In this document: positions 26,474 through 39,681 of the stretch, in pieces
Position numbering within the stretch: the first letter of the stretch is position 1
Layout: each line of letters starts with the position of its first letter
NCBI GenBank assembly: GCA_043228905.1
Contig: JBHGNT010000010.1
Span: 13,764,001-13,828,000, forward strand
DNA length: 64,000 nucleotides
Origin: Azolla caroliniana
Taxonomy: Eukaryota; Plantae; Polypodiophyta
Reading direction: 5' to 3'
The notes under the pieces: model-generated
The model's input: the letters and a program-made list of their open reading frames with translations, nothing else
The model's database searches: none
Told to the model about the DNA's origin: nothing
Position numbers and translations under genes: made by a program

Positions 26474-29400
26474 TGTTGTCCACCATAAGAGAACAAACAT
26501 AAATAATGCATGATAAAGAGGCGTATTAATTAAAATAGAAGTGTTGAAGTAAGGCGTGTAACGGTTCATGTGGGAAGAGCAACCGACTAGGCCCTATGTA
26601 TATAAAGGGCATATGAACATTGTAAAGGGTTAGCGCATTTCTGAGCACAGTCATTTAATATAGTTTCTGTCTTCGCTGAGCTCCGTCTTTTATCTCTGGT
26701 CTCTTCTCTGTTATCTCTATGTGATTGTTTAAGCGTAAGCTTGTAAGAGTAGTACATGTGCGTAGTTAGGTACATTAGGAGCTCGATTGTAACCATCTCC
26801 AGTTTTACGCCTTTAGTAAACATGCTCTAACGGTATAAGTCAATACGTTCCATGTGCTATGCAAGATCCTACTCTTGCACCACGATCACCTTGATACCTA
26901 CCCCGAAGGACTGAGGGTAGGTCGTGTTCCTAACTGGCAACAATTACAAAGCTTATTGTATGTCTAGAACCATATTTGAGAACCTCGTCCTCTTAATAAG
27001 ATATCGATTCAAACATTTAGAATATGGCATATGAGAAACAAATGGTTCCATATTCAAACATGATTTCCATATTTCGAAGGATCATGTGGAAGAATTCAAA
27101 CATTTAGAATATGTAGGCACACATTCATACATGTTATTCATTGGCTATAATGGCATGTCCTCGTGGTGATTATATCTATGCTTACAATGCTTAATTAATC
27201 TCTACTACGTAATATTATCATTGTCGTCATCCAATAGGAAAATAACAAACCTATGATGTGTGCTCGAAACAATTGCATTCCAAAGTACGTAAACATGAAT
27301 ACATAAGTGTTCAATATAATCGTACCTTGTGTTGTAACTAAATATTGGAGATAATCAATGTTTGAGCAAACATATTTTGTGTTGCTTTGAGCTTAGTTTT
27401 GTTTGGTGGAAAACAATGAAAATGGGTTGAAAGAAAATACAAAAATGTAGTTTCTAATTCAAAATTTCTTCATATTGATGGTGAAATTATAACAATGCAT
27501 TTATATGATACATTTGAAAAATGGAACAACTAAGTCTTTCACCATGTTAGAATATGGAACCATGTGATCAAATGTAAATGAAAGAAACCCTAAACAATGT
27601 AAAAAATAAAAATAACCATGAAAATACATACCTATTGTTGCCTTTGTTTTGCAGATCGAATGTAGGTGGTTGGGAAGTGCTCGCTGGCGGAGAGTGGTGC
27701 TCCTCTCGGATTTTGGTGGAAAATGGTGCTCCTCTCTTATTCTTCCCTCCAAATACCTAAAACTCTCTTTTCAAAATAGGTTCAAAATGAATGATTCAAG
27801 GGTTTTTATAGTGAGTGCTCATTAATAATGAGCGGGGCTCCTAGCTCGACTCTTGACCTGATTCTTGATTAATGAGCGGGGCTCCTAGCTCGACTCTTGA
27901 CCCGATTCTTGATTAATGAGCGGGGCTCCATTTGACAGAGTCGGGCTACTAGTGACAGAGGCTGTCAAATAATGGGGCTCCTAGTCGGGCTCCCTAATAA
28001 GCGACAATTTCTTCGCGTGTTTTTTTTTCCACATCGGACAGTGCAGATCGCACGTGCCCTCGGCTGAGCGACCTGCAGTGTCCCTCTCCGCGATTCCCTC
28101 ACTTGCCCTCTTCAATTTTTGGAGGTATTTAGACATGTCGGTGTAGGACACATTTCAAATGGCACATGCGATCCGTGCCCTTTGATCTCTATCCACAAAA
28201 AGCACGCTCCTAAAATCCAACCCGGCACTAACGAGCCTCTATCACATCTAACCCGGCTCTTACCATTGGATCTGTCACATCTAACCCGGCTCTAACAAGC
28301 CTTTTTGTTACACATAAACCTAACCCAGGGTACCCTAGGACCTAACCTGGGTACATTCACCTAACCCGAATAAAATTTCTGAAGAGACCATTGTTTAAAG
28401 AAAATGTTAAGATTACCCAAAAAAACATTTCCACAAACCAAAATTTCAGCATTTTACATATAAAAACTCACCAAAATTTTCGTGCAACACGAAATTTAAA
28501 CAAAATGTCAACAAATGTAGCCACCGATTGGGTTATACATGTATAGATATCAAAATACATGTACAAACTGTATACACTACAAACCTAAAGAATCACATGA
28601 TGTAATGTAATAAAAAAACTCAAAGATCAAGGTTCTTGTTCAGAGGATGGCAAGATACACACACAATTTTTGTAGCAATTTGCATTAGCGTCTCTTGAAG
28701 TCAATGTCAACGCATCACAATGCAAGCACTGAACCTTCTTGATCTCATATATTGGCAACCGCCTCTTAGCACGATGAACACCTCTCTGTAGTCTGTTGGT
28801 ATGTGTTTTGGTCGTGTTTGGGGAGCTACCAATAAGTTCTTGTGAAATGTTGGGTGTGGCTCCTCACTTCGCACCAATTTGTAGTTGTTGTCAGGGCACC
28901 CATAGATAAGAGCAACATCTTTCGCATATCTGCCATGAGTTGACGATAATGCTCAACAACCGCACTGTTCATTGCTCCCGATCCTTGCTCGAGCAGTTGA
29001 AGTGCTTCTAACGTCCTTTCGTCAATGAAAAAGAATGGCGTGCGGAGCTATCACAAACAGAGACAATCGGCTGTGGTGGACACCTACAAATAATTAGGTA
29101 TACCCATAGAGTATATATATATATTGTTGGGAGACAGGTCCCTCCGGATGGGAAGGGAGAAGAACAATGTCGATGAACAAACTCGGCCGAGGCCGAAACC
29201 GTATGAGGAGGACCCGGCTACGGAGAGCCGGATGGTGCAGACCCGGTATGAACCGGATGAGGAGTACCCGGATACGGAGAGCCGGATGGTGCAGACCCGG
29301 TATGAACCATATGAGGAGTACCCAGATACGGAGAGCCGGATGGTGCAGACCCGGTATGAACCGGATGAGGAGTACCCGGCTACGGAGAGCCGGATGGTGT

Positions 29401-30205
29401 AGACCCGGTATGAACCGGATGAAGAGACATATTCGTAAATATGTTTCTGAGAGTCCATCGAGGCTATATTTGTAAATAGCTGAAAAGTCATATTAGTATA
29501 AATATGACTTAGGGCAAACTTATACTTGTTGTTATTGTTGTCAATTTCTTGTTGGTGCAAGAAAAGAGAGAGAGTGCGTAACTGTACATAGTGTGAGAAA
29601 GAGAAAGAGGTCGCTACCTCTGTTGTAACCGCCGCCTGTGGCGAAGATCTGTGAGCACGAGGTCGTTGCCTCAGTTCACTGTTGTACATACTAACCTAGT
29701 GATAGTTTGCAGCCTGTGGGCTACCGTGGTTTTTTCCCTAGTTTGGGGTTTTCCACGTTAAACATCCTGCGTATTTTTCTCTTCCATTGTGTCGTTCTTT
29801 ATTTCCTATTTTTCTGTGTATGATCCTAAGCTCGGTTGTGGCCGAGCGTTGCGTATAGCGGAGCGTTTTTTAGTTCCCGACATATATATATATATATATA
29901 TAGTTGACTAGACAACAAAACTATATTAAAAAATAATAACCCTTTGTTCATACGATGTGCTTAGTGAGACTTTTTATACAAGTCCTCAAAAGGACCTACA
30001 GAAGCACTAACATGTACTTCAATTCTCATGAATGAGCTACTAACACTATCAACCTATAATATTCCTATATACTAAAATAGAGATACAAGCTCCTAACAGC
30101 TTGTCGGCTCCAAGCCGATCAGCCTACGTCGATCCCACTCTCAGCTTTTTTAGTCGACCTAGCTATCGGCTTCTTCAGCCAATTTGGCCTACTGGCCTTT
30201 AGGCG
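26474..30205. repeat. Left arm of large inverted duplication (partner 37869-49483)
   Basis: Reverse-complement similarity followed by eye from the LTR start through the AT-rich tract to GGCCTTTAGGCG at ~30205. Confidence 0.9.
29125..29882 (+). mobile_element. Solo LTR D2 in a (TA)n tract, TSD TATAT, ~4 copies of a 54-bp repeat
   Basis: TGTTGGGAG...TCCCGACA. Absent from the inverted partner, where the empty site is at ~38175-38190. Confidence 0.9.
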
Positions 30206-30595
30206 ATCCAGCTCATGTGGAGTTTGTCTCTCAACACTCCCCCTTAAGCTCAACTTGAGGTTCCTTGTTAGCTCTAGCTGGTTCTTCACTCCAGCTTCTC
30301 TTGGCTTCACGCCTCCTATCTCGCGCTCCACGACCTGTTTGGTCCCCTGCTCCTCAACCTACTCAGTCGGCTTTGTCTGCTTCCAACGCCCTCAATGACC
30401 TTTTGCATGCCTCTGCGGAATTGGCACCATTCGACTTGTCTACTCCTTCGTATCGGCGTTGACTTCGGCTACCTCTTCATCCATTTAGCCTTCATATGAT
30501 TCGGCTCGTCCGAATCATTCCTTATGGCCGAATCAACTGTCTCCAATTCGTGTTCACCGTTCACCGGATCAACTGCCTCTGATTTGTCTTCAATA
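29900..30595 (-). mobile_element. Copia G (B family): partial 3' LTR, PPT and tail
   Basis: LTR end TCTCTCAACA followed by CTCCCCC at ~30236, as in element H. Tail peptide EDKSEAVD...DSDEPN resembles the B1/H/I tails. Confidence 0.75.
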
Positions 30596-33428
30596 CGATG
30601 TTGTGGAGGATTCCGACCATAGGGAGAAAAAGGAGCCGGGAGCATGTGAACAGGGTGTGCACGGATGCACATGAAACCATTTTGATGTAACAATATGTGT
30701 AAATAGTATAGTTGGTGAATACTAGGTAGGAGTGATTCGATAGGTACTTATATGACCACACGAGTAGAGGAATGTTAATAATTAGGTAATTAACTAGGGT
30801 TAATTAATGACTAATTATGTGTGTAGTTAAACAACGGAAGATTTTGTGATATGTGTGTGTATGTGTGTCAGAGGAAGAGAGAGAGGAAGATACACTTATG
30901 AAAAATAAAGTAAATGGGGGATGATTAACAAGAGTGTATATTGAAAAGCAACATCAAATACAAAAATACCCACAATGAGGTATATATACATCTCATGTGC
31001 AAGGTGTTGGGATTTCGGTCCCTCTGGATGAGAACCAGATGAGAACTGGACTAGCCGAAGGAAGGACCCGGACCGGATGGATTCAGAAGGTATCTGGATG
31101 AATCCAATGTGAACCAGATCCAAGGACATATCTGTAAATATGTTTCTAGAGTGCCTATCGTGGCCATATTTGTAAATAGTCCTAAATTCATAAAAGTATA
31201 AATATGACTTAGGGCAATCACTTATTATGTGTATGAGGTTGTTATTATTGTATAGAGGTAGGTAGAGACAGAGAGGGAGAGAGACACAGAAAGTTTTTTG
31301 TTGTAACCGCCGGTTGGCGATGACATAGAGCTTGAGGTCGTTGCCTTTGAGTCTCGCATTGTACCCTCCCTCTCATAATGATAGTTGGAGTCTGTGGGCT
31401 CCCGTGGTTTTTCCCGATTAGGGTTTTCCACATTAACATCCTATGTCGTCTTTGTTGTTTGTATAAGTGTATTTATCTCCATTTCTGTTTTGATCTTCCA
31501 TTGAGTGATTGAGACTCGGTTGTGGCCGAGCACTATTCCGTACAAACTGGTATTAGAGTGAACAATAGATGGAAGAGTTATTCAGAAGCATGTTCAAGCT
31601 CACCGGCTCCAACTATCCAGTGTGGAAGTCGAAGATGCAGGACATGCTTGTGGTTAAAGATCTCTGGCTATGGGTCTGGCTACGGGTATAGTTCGGAGAG
31701 AAGAAACTAGACACGATCGATGCCACGACATGGGAGGTAATGCATATGAAGACAACGACATACATTAGGTGCTTCATCAACATATGCATGTACAACAACT
31801 TCAATGAAGAAAGCAAGGCTCATGTGCTCTGGGAGAAAATCGGCACCATGATGGAGAGTAAAAACGCCGTATATTAGGTTTCGGTATTCCGGAAGTTAGT
31901 GAGACTCAGTATCAAGATGGATCTAGCATGGCAGAGCACATGAATGCATTCCAAGGGCTCATAAAATAGCTGGAAGTACCTCTAGCCGATGAGGTACTTG
32001 TGTTGCTCTTACTTGGTTCCCTCCTGGATAGTTGAGAGACGCTAGTTGTCACTTTGGGCAATGCCAGGGAGGAAGTAAAACACCTATCCCTCGCAAGAGT
32101 AAAGTCGAGCTTGCTGGATGAAAAAGCTCGTTGAAAGGACCAGGAATCTAGAACCAATTCAAAGGCCTTCGTTATGGAAGACAACCATAACCGGGGAAGT
32201 CCCTAGAACCGGGACAAATCGGGGACGAGGTCGAAGTCAAGGGGGAGACCCACTTGCTTTTATTGCGGAAAGTCGGGGCACTTCCAGAAGAATTGCCAAC
32301 ACTTCCAGAAGAATTACTGACACTTCCGGAAAGCCAAAGGGGGAATCAACGGTCCAGATCCGAAGAAGATTTTGGAGAGAAGAGGAATGTCGGCTATCAC
32401 GACAAGCGAAGAACTGTTGCTTATCACTGAAGATAGCAAGCTACACCTTGTTAGCGAAGAAACGACGTGGGTGGTCGACTCTGGTGCATTGTTCCATCTG
32501 ACCCCCGATCGGAAATGCTTCTCATCCTACAGAGTCGGAGATCACAATTGTGTCCGGATGGGGAATGAAGGTGCATGCCAAATTGTTGGCAAAGGAGATT
32601 TGTGGTTGATGACATCAACCGAGTGCAAGTTGCTGTTGGAGGATGTCTGACACGTTCCAAAGGTTCGGTTGAACCTGATATCAACCGGTCGACTAGATGA
32701 TGAAGGCTACACGGGTAGCATCTGGAACGTAGTCATGAAGTTCAGCAAAGGAATCCTGATTGTGGCCCGAGCCCAAAGACCAACACACTATATCTAATGC
32801 ATACTCGGATATCCCGGGAAGAAGTGAACATGGTATCCGAAAATGTTGTTGAGCTGTGGCACAAGAGGTTGTGTCACATGAGCCAGAAAGGGATGAGAAG
32901 ACTTGCCGAAGGTAACCTCATTCCGTAGGTGAAGGATGTGTAGCTTGAGAAATGCACCGATTTCTTGGCCGGCAAGCAGAACCGAACCTCTTTCCGGTTG
33001 AAACCACCGTCGAGACGGAATGCATCATTGGAACTTGTGCATACTGCCAAGTGGACACGAAACCACATGCCAGATCACAATACTTTGTGACATTTATAGA
33101 TGACCACAAATGGAAGTTGTGGGTCTCACCACTAAAGACGAAGGACTAGGTATTATATGTCTTCAAGGAATTCCATGCGAGGGTGGAAAGGAAAACCGAC
33201 CGGAAGCTGAAGGTGGTTTGAGTGAACAATGGAGGAAAATACCAGGGGCTGTTCGAGGAGTACTGCTGGTTGAAGGGAATCCGGCTTGAATTCACAATGC
33301 CGAAGACACCGAAACTAATTAGGTTGGCCGAGAGAATGAACTGAACAGTAATGGAGAGTGTCCGGAGCATGCTAGCACATGCAAAGTTTTCCAAGACATT
33401 TAGGGCTGATGCACTGATGACGGCGACG

Positions 33429-33975
33429 TACCTCAACACCCTTGGACGGAAACACACCACAAAGTGTATGGACCGGTAAAGACGTATCATACTGGCATTT
33501 GAAGGTGTTTGGTTGTCTTGCCAACATGCATGTTGCAAAGGACAAGAGAGCAAAGTTGGATCGTCTCGTCGTTCATGCATATTCCTTGGATAAGACTAGA
33601 CTAGAAGGTCATACCTCGACACCCTTGGACGGAAACACACCACAAAGTGTATGGACCGGTAAAGACGTATGATACTGGCATCTGAAGGTGTTCGGTTGTC
33701 TCGCCTACATGCATGTTGCAAAGGACAAGAGAGAAAAGTTGGATCCGAACTCTCGTTCATGCATATTCCTTGGATAATACTAGACTAGAAGGTCGTACCT
33801 CGACACCCTTGGACGGAAACACACCACAGTGTATGGACCGGTAAAGACGTATTGTACCGGCATCTGAAGGTGTTCGGTTGTCTCGCCTACATGCATGTTG
33901 CAAAGGACAAGAGAGCAAAGTTGGATCCGAACTCTCGTTCATGCATATTCCTTGGATAAGACTAGACTAGAAGGT
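33429..33975 (+). repeat. Tandem triplication (~184-bp unit) in copia E integrase
   Basis: TACCTC(A/G)ACACCCTTGGACGGAAACACACCAC recurs at ~33429, 33612 and 33796. Confidence 0.88.
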
Positions 33976-34057
33976 CGACAAGAAGGTGTTCCGGAGTCGA
34001 GACATAGTCTTCATGGAAGACAAGACTATTGTCGATTGGGAATCGGAGAAGAAGATA

Positions 34058-36921
34058 GAGAGGGGCAAGTAAGATTTAAACCTTGCACCTCCAAGACAGA
34101 AGGCAATTAGCTTACCACTAAAGCTACTACCAAGTGCTTTAGATTTTCTATATTTTCTTATAATAGTATTCCATAGGAAACAAATGTAAAAAACCTGTGT
34201 GCACAAAACCATAGTTTTTAGGCTATGGTTTTGTGCATGTCATAAGCAAAACCGTGTGCACAAAACCATGGTTTTAGCCCATGGTTTTATGCATGTCCCA
34301 AGCATGGAGATGCCTATAAAAGCCTCTAGTTGGGCTCGTGTAAAGGGGGGCTCAATGGAGGATATAATCACCATCACCATCACCATCATCATCATCATCA
34401 TCATAAATATGAAATTCTTCTTATAATTATACTTCTTATTGTTCATTTTCTTTTTAGCTTCGATCAATATTATCATAATTCTTATTGTTCTTCTTATAAT
34501 CACATCATCCTCTTCTCCATTACTTGACAGATATCCTCCTTGGTCCAAGGCCCCAGCGGTTCCGTTCAAGCGAAGCATGCGTAATCTTCTTCTTATATTC
34601 GTCTTGAAATCTATCTTCTTCTTGAGTCTAAAAATCTTTGTTCTTTTCAAATGTGACATTGGTTTCCTGACTCGTACATACGCATCATCGTCTTAATCTC
34701 CCACTTCCTCGCCTCTTCTGTCTCCTTAGTTCGTGGCCCTGGTGGTCCAGCTCGCACGAACCATGACTACGCGCGAATCTTCGCGACATCTATTTGGTGA
34801 ACCCGAAGTGAAGAGTGACGGGGGAGGATGAAGATGGACAAGGAATATCTCATGGAGGCAATGTCAAAGATGATAATGGAATTTTCAAGAGAAGGGAAAA
34901 AATGAGATGCTTTTATATGTCTTTTAGATCTTTTTGTTTGCTTCCCATGCTAGCTCAACTCTCGGAGCGGGATCAAGGATTGGCAGGGGAGAATAAAGTC
35001 TTAATGTTCGTAAAGTCGATTGATTGGAAGGAAAGGAAGGCTATTGGAGTCCAACTCGAGGATGACGATGGTGCAAATGGCCTCACTAAAAATTGGGCCG
35101 AAGTGAAAAGGGAATGCCAACGACATGACAAGAGGAGGATAGGAATCTTGTTGACAATGTCACGGCTGATGAGGGACGATCGAAGAAGGACAAGATGTAG
35201 CAACATGCCACCACTGAAGGAAGAAAGCTCGAAGAGGGAAGGTTCGACGATACTCGACATAGAAGTCTTTATGAGAGAGGCATTCCGAACTTAAAGGCGC
35301 AAGTTGAGGCTGAAGAGAAGCTTCAAAAGGGACAAAAACTGAGGCGAACGATGGTTGACGAAGAAGAGGCCTCTCGACAAATATAGATTAATGAAGTGGT
35401 GGACTCGAAGGCTCAATTTCGGTACGACGGTACCAAACTGGGAGAAAGTACGGAACAAGTCATCTTCTCATCTTGCAAAGAAACAACGGAGAAGGATGAA
35501 ACCAATGAATCGAGGACGGTGAACGCCACCCCAAGGGAGGAAGAATGTTTCAGAACACGCCTCATGTTCGAAACGTCAGGTGGTGAAGGAGCAAGCCTAA
35601 TTGAAGCTTGCATGATCAAGGAGGATAAAGAGTGCGAGGCCCACATGATTAAGGAGGTAGACACGAAAAACGACATCAAGGAGGTGGCTATGGACAACAT
35701 GGCAAAGGTGATCGACCAAAGGCATATGGAATCCTCCAAACTTGTTCAAGAGACTTGGGTAGTTGCATCCGAGAATCAACGTGACACCCAAGAGATGGAA
35801 GGTGGCGGCGAGGAAGCGAAGGTTGGAGCTGATGCACCTGATGGGAACATAGCCACAGACAATGACATCAGCCCGAAGATGGCAAGTGCTAGCAAGGACC
35901 ATGGAGAGGATTCCTCCACACTTGTTCCAGAGACCACAACGAATGGAAGAAAGAGAGGCATGTAATATGGTCTGTTAGAGACCCTGAGATGAGCATGCAC
36001 TTGAAGGGACTATGACAGGTAGTCCACATCGACATTCGAATGAGGTCTTGTGAAGGCAAGCAGGGGATGACAAAGAATGAAGGATTGAAGTTTCTTGACC
36101 AAGGAGACAAACGAGATGAAGGTGGCACATACACAAATTGTGAAAGGTTATGCTCAGGAGGGGCGAAGGGGGCCATGACAACCGGTCATGGCATTGTGAA
36201 GTGCGAGTGAACGATATGGTGGATCGGATGGCAATGATGGTTCGGCTGGAAGGAATGGACGAGCTCAAAATGGAGGGACAAAGACAGTGCGGGGGGGGCA
36301 CAAGAAATTAGCAAATCAAAGGTTGACAACCTTTGGCTCAACTACATTACTCTTTTCCTTCTTGACACATGCCGGAGGATGTGCGGTTTAGGTGGGGGTG
36401 GATGTCGTGATGCGAGAAAAAGTGAAAATTTGAGGATACATGCACATTACACAAATAGTTCTAAAAATGAAAATAAATCAATAATAAATAATCCTAGGGC
36501 CTAATTGCATTGAGTGCGTATAGAGAGGTGCAAGTAAGATTTGAACCTTGCACCTCCAAGATCGGAGGCACTTAGCTTACCACTAAAGCTATATTTTGTA
36601 TATTTCCTTGTCATATTCAATATTCCATAGGAAACAAATATACAAAACTGTGTACACAAAACCATGGGCTTGTGCATGACCTAAACAAAACCGTGTGCAC
36701 AAAACCATGGTTTTAGCCCATGGTTTTGTGCATGTCACAAGCATGGAGAGACCTATAAAAACCTCTAGTTGTGCTTGTGTAAGGGGGGCTCAATATGTGA
36801 TATCATTATCATCACCATCAATATAATCTTCTTCTTAATATTCTTCTCGAGTCTAAAAATCTTTGTTCTTTTCAAATGTGACATTGGTTTCCTGACTCGT
36901 ACATACGCATCATCGTCTTAA
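34058..36921 (+). mobile_element. Non-autonomous derivative F of the Trp-primed gypsy family (truncated LTRs 34058-34788 and 36403-36921)
   Basis: PBS TGGTGAACCCGAAGTGAA at 34795. gag remnant VLMFVKSID...EDDDG...W..VKREC resembles A2 gag. PPT TTAGGTGGGGGTGGA then TGTCGTGA at 36403. No pol motifs. Confidence 0.8.
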
Positions 36922-37243
36922 TCATAATAAAGATGACATCCATTCGGACTGTCTTGAGCATAGCGGCGAGCATGGACCTCAAGGTAGAGCAACTAGACGT
37001 CAAGACAACGTTCCTACACGATGACCTGGAAGAAGAGATCTACATGCAACAACCGGAAGGATTTGTCAAGAAAGGAAAGGAGCACCTGGTGTGCCGGTGG
37101 AAGAGGAGCTTATACGAATTGAAACAAGCTCCCCAACAATGGTATCGAAAGTTCAAATCCTTCATGACCGATCAAGGATACCACAAGACGCAGGCTGACC
37201 ATTGTGTATTTGTGAAGAAGTTTAACGGAGGAGACTTCCTGAT

Positions 37244-37840
37244 ACTCCTACTATATGTGGATGACATGCTGATCGTCGGATGGGACCGAACCAAAATCGG
37301 GAATCTGGAGAAGGTCTTGAATTGGATCTTCTCAATGAAAGATTTAGGTTTGGTGAGACAAATATTGGGGATGCGTATAGTCCGGACTGGACGAAGAGGC
37401 TATTGTGGCTCTCACAGAAGAAGTACGTGATGAAGGTGCTCCAACGGTTCAACATGACAGATGCAAAGCCGGTCGGATCGACACGTCCGACAAATTGCAA
37501 GTTGTCCAGAAAACAAAGTCCGAAGACAAAGACGGAGAAGTCGGAGATGATGAAGGTGCTATATGCCTCCGCCGTCAGAAGCCTGATGTACGCAATGGTG
37601 TGTACCCGGCTTGATATTGGATATGCAGTCGGAGTGGTCAACCGGTTCATGAGAAATCCTGGAAGAGAGCACTGGACAACGGTCAAGTGGATACTCTGAT
37701 ATTTGAAAGGCACCTCGAGTATGTACGTCCGATTCAGCTTAGGAAAACCCCAACTTGAAGGATTCACGGATTCAGATATGTCGGCTGATGCCAGCTGGTC
37801 TACATCCGGATATGTCATGACTTATGCGGGGGGAGTCGTA
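37244..37840 (+). repeat. ~600-bp direct repeat of copia E RT (second copy 49722-50319)
   Basis: ACTCCTACTATATGTGGATGAC through GGGGGAG(T/C)CGTA occurs twice with a few percent divergence. Confidence 0.92.
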
Positions 37841-39411
37841 CAAGAAGAAATACGGTCAGAGCCACCCACGCCTAAAGGCCGGTAGGCCAAATCGGCTGAA
37901 GAATCCAATAGCTAGGTCGACTAAAAAAGCTGAGAGCGGAATCGTCGTAGGCCGATCGGCTTGGAGCTGACAGGCTGTTAGGAGCCTATATCTCTATTTT
38001 AGTATATAGGAATATTATAGGATGATAGTGTTAGTAGCTCATTCATGAGCATTGAAGTACATGTTAGTACTTCTGTAAGTCCTTCTGAGGACTTGTATAA
38101 AAAGTCTCACTAAGCACATCGTATGAACAAAGGGTTATTATTTTTTAATATAGTTTTGTTGTCTAGTCAACTCATATATATATATATATATTCTCTGGGT
38201 ATACCTAGCTATTTGTAGGTGTCCACCAGAGAAGATTGTCTCTGTTTGTGATAGCTTCCGCATGCCATTCTTTTTCATCGACGAAAGGGAAGAAATGAAG
38301 ATAGAAGCACTTCAACTACTCGAGCAAGGATCGAGAGCAATGAACAGTGCGGACGTCAACTCATGGCAGATCTGCGAAAGGTGTTGCTCTTATCTATGGG
38401 TGCCCCGACAACAACTACAAATTGGTGTGAAGCGAGGAGCCACGCCCAACATTTCACAAGAACTTATTGGTAGATCCCCAAACACGACCAAAACACATAC
38501 CAACAGACTATAGAGAGGTGCTCGTCATGCTAAGAGGCAGTTGCCATTATGTGAGACCGAGAAGGTTCAATGCTTGCATTCTAATGCGTTGACATTGACT
38601 TAAAGAGACGCTAATGCAAATTCCTGCAAACATTGTGTGTATCTTGCCATCCTCTGAACAAGAACCTTGATCTTTGAGTTTTTTTATTACATTACATCAT
38701 GTGATTCTTTAGGTTTGTAGTCTATACAGTTTGTACATGTATTTTGATATCTATACATGTATAGCCCAATCGGTGGCTAAATTTGTTTAAATTTTGTTTA
38801 AATTTCGTGTTGGACAAAAATTTTGGTGAGTTTTTATATGGAAAATGCTGAAATTTTGGTTTGTGAAAATGTTTTTTTGGGTAATCTTAACATTTTCTTC
38901 AAACAATGGTCTCTTCAGAAATTTTATTCGGGTTAGGTGCATGTACCCAGGTTAGGTTAAGGTACCCTGGGTTAGGTTTATGTGTAACAAAAAGGCTTGT
39001 TAGAGCTGTGTTAGATGTGACAGATCCAATGGTAAGAGCCGGGTTAGATGTGATAGAGGCTCGTTAGTGCCGAGTTGGGTTTTAGGAGTGCGCTTTTTGT
39101 GGATAGAGATCAAAGGGCACGGATCGCATGTGCCATTTGAAATGTGTCCTGCACCGACGTGTCTAAATACCTCCAAAAATTGAAGAGGGCAAGTGAGGGA
39201 ATCGCGGAGAGGGACGCTGCAGGTTGTTCAGCCGAGGGCACGTGCAATCTGCACTGTCCGATGTGGAAAACAAAATGCGCAAAGAAATTGTCGTTTATTG
39301 GGGAGCCCCATTAGGAGCCCCATTATCTAACAACCTCTATCACTAGGAGCCCGACTCTGTCAAATGGAGCCCCGCTCATTAATGAAGAGTCGGATTAGGA
39401 GCCTCACTCAT

Positions 39412-39681
39412 TAATCAAGAGTCGGGCTAGGAGCCCCGCTCATTATTCATGAGCACTGACTATAAAACCCTTGAATCACTTATTTTGAACCTATTTTGAA
39501 AAGAGAGTTTAAGGTATTTGGAGGGAAGAATAAGAGAGGAGCACCATAATCAAGAGTCGGGCTAGGAGCCCCGCTCATTATTCATGAGCACTGACTATAA
39601 AACCCTTGAATCACTTATTTTGAACCTATTTTGAAAAGAGAGTTTAAGGTATTTGGAGGGAAGAATAAGAGAGGAGCACCA
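39412..39681 (+). repeat. 135-bp tandem duplication specific to the right arm
   Basis: TAATCAAGAGTCGGGCTAGGAGCCCC... at 39412 and 39547; single copy in the left arm. Confidence 0.85.

Larger units (their letters stand above)
7797..26942 (+). mobile_element. Non-chromoviral Ty3/gypsy element C (outer host): RT/RH/INT pieces 7797-8263, 15195-16136, 16832-18019, 23363-23845, extra ORF, 3' LTR 26474-26942
   Basis: [71 protein letters not shown]. The sequence rejoins across three insertions once TSDs are removed. LTR runs TGTTGTCC...GGCAACA with a TATA box near 26600. Confidence 0.85.

Noticed and set aside
30598-31004. Possible additional LTR fragment starting TGTTGTGGAGG
   Set aside because: No partner LTR, PBS or TSD in the window to support a call.
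34330-34527. Poly-His ORF
   Set aside because: (CAT/CAC)n microsatellite inside an LTR.
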